This document shows, in pieces, positions 47,878-62,119 of a stretch of DNA of 64,000 nucleotides. Numbering within the stretch: the stretch's first letter is position 1; each line of letters starts with the position of its first letter. Origin of the DNA: Chrysomallon squamiferum (Eukaryota > Animalia > Mollusca); the NCBI GenBank assembly GCA_012295275.1, contig CM022671.1, positions 32,860,001 to 32,924,000 on the forward strand. Reading direction: 5' to 3'. The notes beneath the pieces were generated by a model, which was given only the letters and a program-made list of their open reading frames with translations, searched no databases and was not told the DNA's origin. A program made the position numbers and the translations under genes.

Positions 47878-50494
47878 TTATTTATTTATTTATTTATTTA
47901 TTTGTTGTTATTTATTAATATGTATAATGTACCTTATGCTATATATATAATTATCTGAACTTCTTTATTAGTTTTATATTTTGAGGTAACTTATTTTATG
48001 TGTAAATACATCCTTACATATTCAATTTTTAAAACACATACTAATATAAATACACACATACAAAAATAATAATAATATTTAATATATATATATAGATAGT
48101 TAGATAGATAGATCTATCTTAACAGGTATCACATAATATTTTCAGACAACAGGATTAATCTATAAATACTGTCCTCACTGCTACAAAGCCTGGGCTTCCA
48201 GTGACCATGACAAAGCACCCAGATCATGACGGGGAAAGTTTACCTTTTGAAGGAATTTTCATCCTGGAAGAATTTATCAGTAGTGAGGAGGAGGAGAAAC
48301 TTGTTAGAGAAATCTACAAAACACCATTTGTAGACTCACAGTCTGGCAGGAGAAAACAGGTGTTAATAACAAATGTTTAATAATTATACAGTCTGCAGTA
48401 ATTAATTATTAATTAATAACAGTGATTTGATAATTAATGAAACAGTTTGCAGTAATAAAGATGGCAGTGTTAAATAATTATTAGATTTAGAGGGCCCAAG
48501 AATATTTGTAATGGCTGCCATTTGGTCTTAGTTTTTGAAACCAGTATTTTTGTTAAGTTCTCGCAGGTATCAATATATTTCTAACTAGGTCAGAGGATTC
48601 CAGTAAAGCAAACATAAATATAACTTCAGGTACTTGGTATGTGTACTTAACATTAATATCAAATACTGAAACTGGACCAGTTACTTAGGTATTTCCTTTT
48701 AACTTACAATTTCTACAGTTCCTGAATATTTTATTAATTTTTTTTTTAATTGAAAATTATTTAACTGAAGACATTTATATCTAAGCAATAATATTAACTG
48801 TTGTGTTTCCTTGTTTGTTTATAATTATTTGTCTAATGACATAAGAGTTCAAGTACAGTAGGTGTAATCAAGGGAAACAACTTGTACAAGTTCTGTCTAA
48901 TTCCATGTCAGATATGTTGCTTTTCTTTTTTTTATCATATTCTACAGCTCAAAAGGCCAAATTATTGCTCTTAAATTATGTGTCACTTTCAAAAATATAT
49001 TAACAGAGGTCTTGTTGTATCATTGAAAATACATCACAGATTTTTCTACCCATTTTATTTTTATTTTTGATAGTATCATTTTAGGATACTGAAAAGTAAA
49101 TATTCATATTAAACATTTTGAATATATTTATTTAATTCATTTAACAAATCTTGTATGTATTTAATTATCAAATGTGTCAGCATTTTTCAAGATCTGTGGC
49201 TGTCAGACATCTGAAATCTAATTAACGATGCTGTCTTGTGTTAAGCAGTTCTGATCACTAATATACAGGTCTGTGCAAACATTAATTTCTGGTGCTGCTA
49301 TTTACATTTTAAGAAAGAAAAGTATATTTTTAATTGGAAAAATATGCTGTTTGCCATATTATTAATTGAAACCCAGCAACAAAAGTGCTGTGGTTTGAAG
49401 ATGCCAAGTTCTGATGTTTTACTATTATTTATAGGAAGATGTTTCTAATTACTGTGCACAGATTATTAGGAAAAATGTGTGTCTTGTCATATTTGTTTGC
49501 CAAATTGTATTCCAAAGTTAGCATCAGTACCATTGCCAGCAGATTTATATGTACATTTTGTTTTATTTGTTTCATAATATTCATCATAATTCACACTTCA
49601 TTAACTGTTTTGTTACACACAAGTATGTATAAGTATAGTTTACATAGCCATGTAATTAAATAAGAACCACATGTTTGACATCTAATGATTGTTTACGAAA
49701 AATACATTACGATATGAACACTAAATTTTCATAAACAAAGTTCAAAAAATAAGAAAGAGTTGGGTTTTTTTGTTATTTATTTTTCTTTAATAACCTGTAA
49801 AGACTAACGGTTAAGAATTTTGAATTAATATTTATGTAGTTTAACATCTATTATCAGTTTTTTTATATTATTTAGTTTTTTATTTATTTTATTTTTATTT
49901 ATTATAATTTTGAAAAATTATTTTATTATTACTAATTTTTTGGTAAACATTTATATGATGTATATTTCATAAAAAAAATTTTTCCAGGATTATGGACCAA
50001 AAGTCAATTTCAAGAAACAAAAAGTGAAGTGTAATGTTTTCACTGGTCTTCCGCAGTTCAGTCAGTTTCTGTATGAAAGGATGAACGACGTCCGTGCCAC
50101 AGCCAACTTCACTCCCGTCGAACTGTGCAACCTGGAATATGACTCGAAGCGAGGAGCGTCCATAGATCCTCACTTTGACGACTTCTGGCTTTGGGGAGAG
50201 AGACTTGTCACAGTGAACTTGCTATCAGACACAATTCTTTGTTTCATGAGAGATGATAAACCTGGCATCGAGATTCACGTGCTGATGCCAAGGAGGTGTT
50301 TGATTGTGGTTTCAGGAGAAGCTAGAGCTGAGTGGAAGCACGGCATTCACAGAAGTGACATTAATGGGACGAGGATTGCGATGACTTTCAGGGAACTCTC
50401 AGATGAATTTAAAGACGGGGGTGTGAAACAAGAGTTAGGGAAACAGCTTGTTGATGTCGCACTGAATTTTCAGGGCAGTGCTGTTGGTTCTTGA
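47250..50494 (+). CDS. ALKBH4: Alpha-ketoglutarate-dependent dioxygenase ALKBH4 (3 exons); exon 2 has one extra base
   Basis: Exons 47250-47354, 48146-48359, 49988-50494. CACKGIRTCLACE, YCPHC.KAW, SQSGRRKQDYGPKVNF, ELCNLEY..RGASIDPHFDDFWLWGERLV (HxD), WKHGI, RIAMTFREL. Confidence 0.93.
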
Positions 50495-51497
50495 TAGTTT
50501 TAGATGAATTTTTCCAAAAGGATTTTTCTGAAAAGATTTAAAGAGGGGGTTATAACAGAAAAGTTATCTCATAATTTTAAACCAGCTTTTGGAGATTACT
50601 GTGAACTTTTAGAGATACTGGATTTTGATAATAGTGTTACATGAATTGTTTTTCATGAAGTTACCAGATAAGTTACAGAAGGGGCTACAAAACTGAATGA
50701 AGAACTTTTGTTTTTATTTTTATCTAACAGTGAACTTTTAAGGTCAAAGTATCATGATATTTTAAATACAATGCATGAAACTGCTGTCATCTTCTATTCA
50801 CAGTGATTACAAATTTATCTCATTAATCTGCATTACAAAATGTAACAGAAATATTGAACGTTATTGTCAAAACAAAAATGTCATGGTGATAATCAAGCTA
50901 TGTAAATCACTATGGCAAGAGTGAAGGAGTAAAGTGTCTTTATAAAGGTGATGTACCAGTGATTCAGATTAATAATAAACATATGTAAAACAAAACTGAG
51001 TGTGTCTGTAGTAATTTTTTATTTAGTTTATTAAGCTGTTGGTATGTGTTGATCATTAACAATAAAGATATCAATTACATTTCTAAATATTTTGTTATTT
51101 TAAAGTTTAATCAACTTTGAAAATAATGTTTTTTTTTACTTTTTTCATTTTACTTGTTTTAATTTTTATTAATATATATAGAGAGAGAGAGAGCGAGATC
51201 GATAGATAGGTAGATTGATAAGATTGATAGATACTCTCACATACAGAGTTTAAATATACCACACTAATTCTTTGCTACAACATAATGTGATATCAAACTG
51301 CTGTGTGCTCACATATGTTTACAACCAGAACAGGTGGTGGTATAACCCTTGCAAATGCTACTGTTAGTAAGTAGTTGCAAACATAATTATCTGTTTCATC
51401 TTCTTACACTGCAATAAAAAAAATATGTCAATAAATGATAATAGAAGTAAAGTAATGCTAAATCATTCGTAACTGACGTATAATAATAATAATAATA

Positions 51498-51549
<52 letters not shown>

Positions 51550-52048
51550 TAAACTTGCAACTCCCATAACATTAATAATAATAATAATAATAATATTGTA
51601 ATAAAATATTGATACCTGCACATGCATGAAACTGCACTTGACGCCAACATTTCATTCTTATATTGCTAATTGAGTATCAAGTGAAAATATTTTACATTTG
51701 ATTCCAAGCTGTGTAAATTACAACTGGATTCTAGCACATTTCGGAATTCGATCCCGCAAAGTATCGTACTGAATTCCCCAGCTAATACATCGCTGACGTG
51801 AATTCTGCTAGACAATGAATATTAACTAAACACAGAGATGTAACAAACCCAAACAATAAATAATCAACGTGCAGACCATATGGCGACTGGTTTAATGAAT
51901 CTGTTTTATGTGCCAGAATAGACTCTCGAGTATCGGTCTTAGACAGATACCAATAACGTACAAACAGGTACGTTGCTATGGTATCCGAAATTGACTTCTG
52001 TTAATGACGATGCAAAGTGTACCGTGCCAAATATGACAATTTCTCTTT

Positions 52049-52281
52049 CAGTGGCGGATTATGCTGTAGGTAAGATGGTGAGGGGAGGTGGTTTCCGAAA
52101 CAATATGTAAATGCTTATAATCTGAAGTTATTCATTTGACAGTATGTGTCTGTTCACAGTATCCGGCATTTGTGTATCTTTGCGAATGCTTGCCGCAGCA
52201 TTCATTACATAGTAAATCCACTTCAGCTCGAATACCATTCAGAGCATGAGAGAGTGTACACATCAAATTTATTTATTTATT

Positions 52282-52340
<59 letters not shown>

Positions 52341-52418
52341 TTTATTTTTTATTTTTTATTTTTTGGAAGCCGTCAGTAGAGGTCCATAGCAACTTGAACC
52401 CCACCTAATCCACCACTG
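52049..52418. mobile_element. 370-bp element with 13-bp terminal inverted repeats (hAT-like MITE candidate)
   Basis: CAGTGGCGGATTA (52049-52061) and TAATCCACCACTG (52406-52418) are 12/13 complementary. No clean 8-bp target-site duplication is visible. Confidence 0.5.
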
Positions 52419-55057
52419 TTGTTTTGAATCATCGGTGAAAACTATCGTTTATTATTGTTTGTTTTGGGTCTCGGCAAAACCTTTGTTGATTTTGTTTATC
52501 TTCTTGTTAGCTGGTTTGTTTATGTTGAGAACTAATTCTGTCAACGACGCAGGTTGAGGTTCGATTTATTTCGGTTACTTGGCTTGTGAGTCGCCATACC
52601 AAACCTGATTTCTTTTTTTTCTTTTTTCTCTATTCTGGTTAATGGAAGACAGAAAAAAAAAAAAAAAAAAAAAAATAAAAAAAAATATATATATATATAT
52701 ATGTTGCAGAATAATGAATAATTTACTTTTCCTTGGCAAAATTATTTTAAAAAAAGTAAGTAAATAAATAATCAAATAAAACCCCTAACAAACAAACACA
52801 CAAATAATAATTAAACAATAATAAATAAACATAAATAAAAATAAAATAAATTAACAAATAAACAAATAAACAAATAAAAATAAAATAAACGTACGCATAA
52901 AACAGATATTAATAGTAATTAATATTAATAATAATAACAATAATAATTGGAACAAGTATATTTAAAATAATAATAATAACAGTAACAGAAATGATTTTAT
53001 CCATAACACACTACTATCTTATCTATAATAATTTTATTAATGAAATTAATTTAGACCAAAATACTCTGCATGCTGACATTTAATATTTTAACGAAGTCAT
53101 TTATATCGTGGTATATCTTTTTCTTAATCATATTAAATTGTTTTTTTACAGTATGTGTCTATTCACAGTATCCGGCATTGGTGTATCTTTTATTATGCCT
53201 TTGCATTTCTTTGTCATTGTACAACAGTTCAAGTGAAAAATAGCTAATTTATGCGTGTTGGTTCTTACATAGTTATTTAATATTTATTTATTAATATTGG
53301 TGTCCTGCAGCGACTAACTGCTATCAAAACGTAAGCCGTTGATGAAATATTTTCTTACAATAACACAGACACCATAGCTGTAAAAGAAGTAGACAACAAC
53401 AACTATACTGATCACTAATTTTAATCCAGGTTTGAAATGTCTTTGAAATTTACTGCCCACTCAGTGTCATGCTGATGAGCTATCTACATTACATAATAAA
53501 ACATTTCTAAACTAGTGTTGCTTCTTGTGTTTGTTGTTTTGTCTTCTAAAATATAAAAATTATTAGAATATAAATGTTAACACCATGGAGGGAGGTTATG
53601 CTTTTGTGTTTGATGGAAAAAGAAAGTATTTAACGGTAAGTTTTACATTTGTTTATCTCTTTGTGTTATTATTATTATTATATACTTTTACTATTTATTT
53701 ATTATTACTATTATTACTATTATTATTATTATTATTATTCCTATTATTACTATTATTACTATTATTACCATTATTATTATTATTATTATTGCTATTGCTA
53801 TTACTATTGCAAATACTATTACTGTTGTTATTATTATCATCATCATCATCATCATTATTATTATTACTTGACACTTTACATAAACTGTGTAAAGTTCCAA
53901 AACTGAAAACTCTTTGTGATCGACACCTTGTGAAACTAAATTCAAGCCTCGTGAGATTTACTTAATCCCCAACCCCACTAAAAACAAAAATATTCCTCAA
54001 CTCGCATGTGCTACAACTTTCTAAATACTATAATTAATGGACTCTTAACTGGGGTCACATGACATGTTATAGTTATTAATTTGAATCCAGATAACTCCAA
54101 ACTGGCATGTGAAACAAAAAATATGAAAGGTGGAAAAGAAAAACAAAGAAAGAGATAATGATGGAAAAGTCAGTTTTGATTACATTAGCTTCTGTATGCT
54201 TTTTGTCTTGCTTTTATATTTTCATCATTTGTATCAATATATGTTAATATTACTGAATTCTATTTTTAAGAGCCCTAAACAAGACAAGATTTTTGTTTTT
54301 GATTGTTTGTTTTTTTGTTTATAATAGTTATATCAAATCTGAAAAATACACATGTATACACCCTTAAATTCTGTAAATGTTTATATTAATTCTATATTTT
54401 TTAAATAAAGAAATACAGAAAGAAAGAAAGAAATAAAAGAAACAAAACCATAAATAATTTTAGGATATCAAATATACAGGTATAGTTAAAACAAATGATG
54501 TGTTAATTTAAAAGAATTAATTAAATACATAAAATGTTTACATTACGAGTGTCTAACATTTTAGTAAATAAACTTTTAAACCATTTTGACTTCTATAATG
54601 ATATTTTTACAAGAAATTATATAAAACAAAAATGAATGAGCTAATAATAATTATAGGTTAATTAATTTATGTATTTTATATAAGTTAGTAAAGAAACAAA
54701 CATGCAATTAATAAATCAAAAACAATTTATTTTAGGATTGTCAAATTTATATATATTAATAAACATTTGTGCGTTGGCTTTAAATGTAATTATTAATCTA
54801 TGCAATTTAATACAACAGACAATTACCACTGAACAAATTTGATATTTGCATCTTATTTTGTTTCTCTCTCTCTATTTTTTTAAATCCCAAGACATCTAAA
54901 AACAACCCGTTACTATAGCAACGTGTTGATTGCGTATTATCTGAGATGAATAAAAATTGATAATTTCGAGACGACTGTTGAAATTCTCAAGTCGAATAAT
55001 GACCATAATTATTTACGAGTCGTCAAATATCGTTTCGTACACAAAAAAAAAAAAAAA

Positions 55058-55089
<32 letters not shown>

Positions 55090-56115
55090 TAATGATAATA
55101 TTAACAATAATAAAGTAATAAAGAATAATAATAATAATTTTTTTTTAATAAAAACATGAAAAAAAGAGTGAAAAACAACAACAAACAAACAAACAAACCG
55201 AAAAAACCCCAGATATATGCGAGCAGATTTATTGTTGTTCTGATTCGGTTTTCAAATCTCATTCCCAAATTTCATTTTCTAAGATGTTATTTTATTCACT
55301 ACGAAAAAAAGTTCTTCCAGTTTTATATATAACTACTGAATAACAAGAAACCATTTTGTTGTAATTATTATTTACATGCAGATTTTTATGCATACTTTCA
55401 CACTGGCTTAGATTATTTATGTTTTTCCAGCTCCTCAGTTTAGTATTCATTTTATTCTCTAATACTTTATCTCTCTTGATTTTTTTCTTCTATATCACTC
55501 TCTCTTATCTCTTTTTCTTAAAGGTTATTTGTGTGTCTTTCTGTCTTTCTTTCTCTAAAAACAAAAACATACGAGAAAATAAAATTAGTTGTCATTAAAT
55601 AATGATCTTAAAACATTAAGGCCAAAAGCTAGTACTTTGTAACAAGCTGACCTGTGAAAGGAAATGTTTTTTATTTTTATTTTATGGACTGGTTTAACAG
55701 CAACAGGAGATAGGCTTAAAAGCACACGGTGAAGGAGAAATATTTCGTTGGACAAATACGTTTTTATCTTTAACATCGACCAGGTGAAACGTTATTGTCT
55801 GTTATTAAAATTTAAGAATTGAATTAATGTGCTGTTTCGTAACCTTTCAGTAAAAATCTTCACTGTGTCCAATTACATCTCGTCTGCTCGTGTCAAGACA
55901 AGTAACGGTTCACTCTCGTCTGCTGGGACTTGACTTTTGTCGTCTGCGAGGATTACGCGAGACGTAATCAGGTTTCATTCGAGAGATAATGGATAGCCTA
56001 TAGTGTTTGCATTTCCAGATTCAAAAGCGATTAAAATACGCCGCGCAACAGCAATACTTTACTGTAATTTATCATTGGTTTAAAATGTTTTTGTGAAGAT
56101 AATGATTTATCTTAC

Positions 56116-56192
<77 letters not shown>

Positions 56193-56252
56193 TGTGAAAG
56201 AAATAGGACTTTAACACACACACAGTCATATATATGTATATATATTTCTATT

Positions 56253-56283
<31 letters not shown>

Positions 56284-57822
56284 ACCACGGATGTAAAGAT
56301 TAGTATGAAAATTCAGAGAGAAAACCCAGCAGATAATAATTATTAACTAAAAAGAAATAATCTCGGCGTATGTCCAAACATCACTGATTGCCTAGATCAC
56401 CAGATCTGTTTTCGTTAGTTTCTCAATGTCAGAGCGATCTGCAGATTTGTTACTTTCTGAAAGCCAGTAACTGCTATCCAATCAGCTCTTGAAATAACAC
56501 AGAAGACATTCGAGAATAAGTTTATCCTAAGTTAAAAAATTAAAAAGCTGACACAGTGGGATGAATTCTGGTAGGTAATACAGTATATGAATAGAAAGTT
56601 ATTACAGCAGGCTAATTTAACGTAAGAAGTTAACGTATTGATGTCTCCACACTAAAGACGACTGCGAAATATGAGCTGAAAGTTATCGTTGTAAGTTAAT
56701 TATAGATGGTAAATGCTGATACTATAAACACTCCGTTTTAAAGACAGCTATGCTAAAACTACAAAGCTAACAGAGTGTGTTGTATTTAAGAAGATAATCG
56801 AACTGTTATCTTTAACAAGAGTAAAACAAGAGTTGGCTCAACTCGGCACCTGCGAGATACAATCAGAGATATTTTTGTGTTTTTTCGCTTATCCTGAAAG
56901 AAGATCTATCTTTGACATCACTAACCTTTCTCTGTTTCGTTATATATATTTTTTTTCTTCTCTCACGCTCAGTTTACAAGTGGAATATATAATTTATTGT
57001 TAACTTTTTTTTTCACTCTCCTTTGGCTAATTCATCGTTGTGCCAGCATCTGACGCGAAACCGGCGTTTAAATGTTCAGCTGTGAAAACCAACACCGACT
57101 TAAGAAAGTGAGTAAGGAGTAGTATTAGCGATCGATTTGTTTAGTTGTGTTATAATTCTCTTAGCGACGTCTCTACATACATTTTATTGCACTATGCAAT
57201 CATAGAAAGAGGAAACCTTAGTAATTAGATAAGGAAGACACTGAAAGAGCAAAAAAAACAACAAAAAAACAATGGACTAAGAAAAAAGTTCAAGAAAAAT
57301 AAAGCAAAACGTAAAAGGAAAAATGTAGAATCAAAGCAGCTTTTGTGGATTAATTAAAACCAAATGTAGTCACCAGACAGCTGAATTAATCCTAGTCGAC
57401 GACGAAACAAAACGAATTACAGCCAGCTGTTGATGATATACAAAACCAAGCACTCTGATGATGAATATAAATGTTTGTGACCAGTTGTCCACGAAGAACA
57501 GACATTTAGTTTAGCCAACTTCTCAGGATACCTGTTGATTGCAAAGGGCACCGTCATGTTGTGTTTCTTTCGACCTTCATGCCAGCTTTTCTCCTATTCG
57601 TATTTCTTGGAAGCATTTTTGCATTTTTATCATTACTAATGGCAAGAAGTAGTTGTTTTTGTTCTGATACAGTGTCGGATTCCACTGTCACCGAGTACGT
57701 AACAGTAATGTAAAAAAAAACGAAAGAAAGAAAATGTAATATACGTTTCTGATTCGACATTGGCATCGTTAGGAATTTAGGATTAGTGAATCAACCAAAA
57801 CAACAACAACAACAACAACATC

Positions 57823-57880
57823 ATGTTTGCTGCTGCTTCTTCTGGGGGATTATCTTGTCCAGGAGACGGTGGACTGCAGG
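57823..57880 (+). other. Possible first coding exon of an unidentified gene (MFAAASSGGLSCPGDGGLQ)
   Basis: ATC-ATG context and a GC-rich codon-like stretch ending in CAG|GTAATT. No downstream partner exon was identified. Confidence 0.3.
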
Positions 57881-57882
57881 TA

Positions 57883-57936
<54 letters not shown>

Positions 57937-58058
57937 TGTAGTAGTAGTTGTTCTAGTTGTTGTTGTTGTTGTTGTTGTTGTGATGATTGTGTTAGTAGTA
58001 ACGCTTTCCTTGCTGGTCATCTTTTCTTATTGTTTTCTCCTTCTTCTTCTTCTTCTTC

Positions 58059-58104
<46 letters not shown>

Positions 58105-59065
58105 TAATTAAGAAACATTCAGAAATGTTATTTAGATGCTTACAGCATATTGTATTTTGTGACACTGAATGAAGGGTCAAACGCAATGTTAATTACTGAC
58201 ACGGACAGTCACGTGCATGCTATTTGGCTGTTTCCGCTATTCTGTGTGAATAACAACTGATGTGTAAGATGTACGTTTATTTTTTGTTCTGAATCGCAAG
58301 TCACGTGTAATGAACTGGTTTTTCATTGTATGACTCTCGGAACTGTTGGCTAGACATCTGCAACATCTTTTATTTTATAACCTTCGTTTATTTTCTTACT
58401 CCGAATCAAAAGACATTTGCATATAATATATTTCACATAGTCACATTTTGTCTATTATTTTGTTTTATTTTGAAATTCTGAAAAGCAGTTTACAAATAAA
58501 CGAAATTATTTAGTTAAAAATGTTTTTTTTTTTTTTTAAGGGATTGTTTCGAAATTTTGCATTATAAACAGAATGGTTCAGACACGAGTATCTCAGATTG
58601 CATAAACACACACATAAACAGACCTACAAACACACAATTCCCCTCACCCCCAAAAAAACCCTTTAAAAATCTACTAAACGTTAAAACATTTTTCTCTCTC
58701 TCAAATTGCTCAAAAAATTATTCTCTGTTCAAATTCTGTTCTTTATGGTTCTTATTTTCAAAACACAAAAATACTTCAAACCCTCTTTTTTATTTTTATT
58801 TTTATTTCTCTTTGCTAAAGCGCTAATATACAAAATAATACAAAAATAAAATGTTATTCATTCCAGCATGCTCTGTTTTGTCTATTGCAACGCTGAATAC
58901 AGCTTTTCTAGTGACTGAATCACAAACGCACCTTTTCATGTTATGCTCACAGATAACCGTTTTTCATTTTTTTTAACGAAACAGGTAATTTTGTTTGTTA
59001 CGTTTACCACAAAATGGACTCGCCTTACTGAAATACTGGATCTGTATATTCAGAAATATGTCTGT

Positions 59066-59650
59066 TTATATGTGTATGTATGTATGTATGTATGTATGTA
59101 TGTATGTATGTATGTATGTATGTATGTATGTATGTATGTATGTATGTATGTATGTATATATATATGAACAGGTATATATATATATATATGTATGTATGTA
59201 TGCATGTTTTATACAGTATGTTTCATATTGTATATTGATTTTATGTGGTATAAAAAGAGAATACTGTTTTTGCTTACAGAAATGTACAAAATACAAGTTC
59301 ATACATTATAATGGCCTTTCTTTGACACATGTTTTAATTTTCTGTTCCCTGTTAGACGATTCTGTTACCACTGCTCTGTGTTTACTGGACATTTACATAT
59401 TGCTTAGACGAATCAATCGATATTTTAAAATTACAAAAGTGATATCCTTTTCCCTTAAAGTGAATTAAAATGACATACATGTAATTATGTACGTGTATGT
59501 CATGTATGTATGTATATATATATATATATATATATATAAATGTATGTATGTGTGTGTATGTGTGTATGTATGCATGTCTGTATTTATGTATGTATGTGTT
59601 TGTGTTTGTGTGTGTTTGTATGTATGTATTTATGTATATATGTATGTGTT

Positions 59651-59710
<60 letters not shown>
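59066..59710. repeat. (GTAT)n and (GT)n microsatellite blocks
   Basis: Read directly from the sequence. Confidence 0.9.
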
Positions 59711-59711
<1 letters not shown>

Positions 59712-60867
59712 CTTACTCTCTGTATGTGAGTGTTTGTATTTCGGTATACCTGTTCGAGTGTCTTTGTCTGTATTACATATTTATGTAAATTGAGAAACAA
59801 TTCAATTTAAGTCATAATTTTTATACGAACCTAAAATGACAATGAGTAGAAAATGAAATCTGAATACATTTAATCATGAATGTTAATGTCAGGCACTAAA
59901 TGTTATCATCAGTTCACAAAGTGTAGCCTCTTCTTTTACATATCTTTCCATGACTGAATTATATTTTTTATTCAATTTTTTTAGCAGCAGCACTTTAGTT
60001 GATTACTGTCTTACGTGGCAATAAAGATGGAGTCAAGACGTGTATATTTTTATTATCTTCAACACATAAAATGTTTCTTATGTATTAAAATAGGCTTTAA
60101 AAATGAGCGGAATATCATTAAATTTAGAATCCGAATTTTTATTTTATTTTTTCTCTTTTTTCTTTTTTTTTTCTTTTTTCTTTTTTCTTTCTTTCTTTCT
60201 TTCTTTCTTTCTTTTTTTCTTTCTTTATTTATTTATTTATTTATTAAATTTTTGTTGACCAGTTCAAAATATTTTATAGTTATCCTTACTCTTACTGACT
60301 TGCTACAATGAAAGGATAAGAATTAAATACTTTAAAAATACATCTCTACTACGAATAACAACAAGAGCAAGAATAACTACTGCTGCTGCTGCTACCATTA
60401 CTTAATAATAATAAAGAAAAATTCGCAATGAATACAAATGAACACACTCATACACGCACACACACACATATAGAAACACAGATCACGAAACAGAATGGTT
60501 CTAAATACTGATTATATCAATTGAACTTGAATTATCTGTAATTAATATAAAAGCGAAATTCTCTGTATAATTGTACGTATTAATGTATCTCAGTACTTCA
60601 CTCTCTTCAAGTATATTTATATTGTTATGATCCACTTGCTAACCAAACTGCACCTAATTCAATCATGTGTTCTTTCGTCTTACGCTGTTGTGAACCGGGC
60701 AGACCGAAATAAAATTCTGTTCTCGGTTAACTGTTTAATGTAATAATGTTTCTTTTGGAGTCGTAGATAAAAACGAGCAGTCCATGTTAAATGATGTTAC
60801 TGTGTTATTATCAAATCATTGTCTAGCTACTGCCTGTCTTTGTTTTTATTTCATGTTTTCTAACTTG

Positions 60868-61055
60868 CTTTTATTTTATTTTATTTCATTTTATTTTATT
60901 TTATTTTATTTTATTTTATTTTATTTTATCTTATCTTATCTTATCTTATCTTATCTTATCTTATCTTATATTATCTTATATTATATTATATTATATTATA
61001 TTATATTATATTATATTATATTATATTATTTTATTTTATTTTATTTTATTTTATT
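60868..61055. repeat. Pentamer array with blockwise unit changes TTTTA, TCTTA, TATTA, TTTTA
   Basis: Read directly from the sequence. Confidence 0.9.
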
Positions 61056-61529
61056 CTTTTTCTGATATATAAATATTAACTGCTAATTTTTCCCCTCTTT
61101 CACAACAAATATCAAGTGCTTAAAAAAAAGAAGAAATAAAATACAAAAAACTGAAAAAGAAAAAGAAAATGATGTTATCACTTCTCTCTCTGTGTGTGCT
61201 TCTCTAGATGTCTGTCTGTCTGTCTGTTTGGATATTTCGTGTTTTATAACAGGATTTCAATACTTAAAGCCGCTAACATAACATATAAATGATACAAAAT
61301 ATTTATTCAACTGACTCAGATAACGTGTTTAGATATGTTGTAAATTAGAAATTTAATTAAATTTGTTGCACTTGGTTCACATTAACTGAAAGTAGTTAAA
61401 CAGATATGTTTAGAAATGTGAGAAAGCATTAAAATAATAATAAAAAAAATAACAGATTAAAATAAATAATTAGTAGGCAGAATTATATGCGAGTCTGAGT
61501 GTGTAAGAGGGGGGAGGGTGCGCGTGTTT

Positions 61530-62005
61530 GCATGTTTATGTGTATATGTGTGTATATGTGTATATGTGTGTATATGTATGTGTGTATATGTATATATGTG
61601 TATATGGATGTATATGTATGTATATGTGTGTATATGTGTGTATATGGGTGTTTATGTGTGTATATGTGTGTTTATATGTGTATATGGGTGTGTATATGTG
61701 TGTATATGGGTGTATATGGGTGTATATGTATGTATGTGTGTATGTGTGTTTATGTGTGTATATGTGTGTATATGTGTGTATGTGTGTATGTGTGTATATG
61801 TGTGTATGTGTATATATGTGTGTATGTGTGTATATGTGTGTATATGTGTGTATGTGTGTATATGTGTGTATATGTGTGTATGTGTGTATATGTGTGTATA
61901 TGGGTGTATATGTATGTATATGGGTGTATGTGTATGTATATGTATGTATATGTATGTATATGTGTGTTTATGTGGGTGTGTTTTTGCCTGTGTGTATGTG
62001 TTTCT
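61530..62005. repeat. Degenerate (TGTGTATA/TGTGTA)n tandem array
   Basis: Read directly; explains the overlapping C/V/Y/M-rich ORFs. Confidence 0.92.
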
Positions 62006-62084
62006 GAATAAGTGTGTGTACATCTGTGTGTATGTGACCTAATAAAAAAGTTATACATGTCTTTAAAATTAATCAATGTTTTAA

Positions 62085-62119
<35 letters not shown>

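Noticed and set aside
48227-48229. Selenocysteine readthrough of the TGA in ALKBH4 exon 2
   Set aside because: The conserved downstream sequence is in the +1 frame, so readthrough would not restore the protein.
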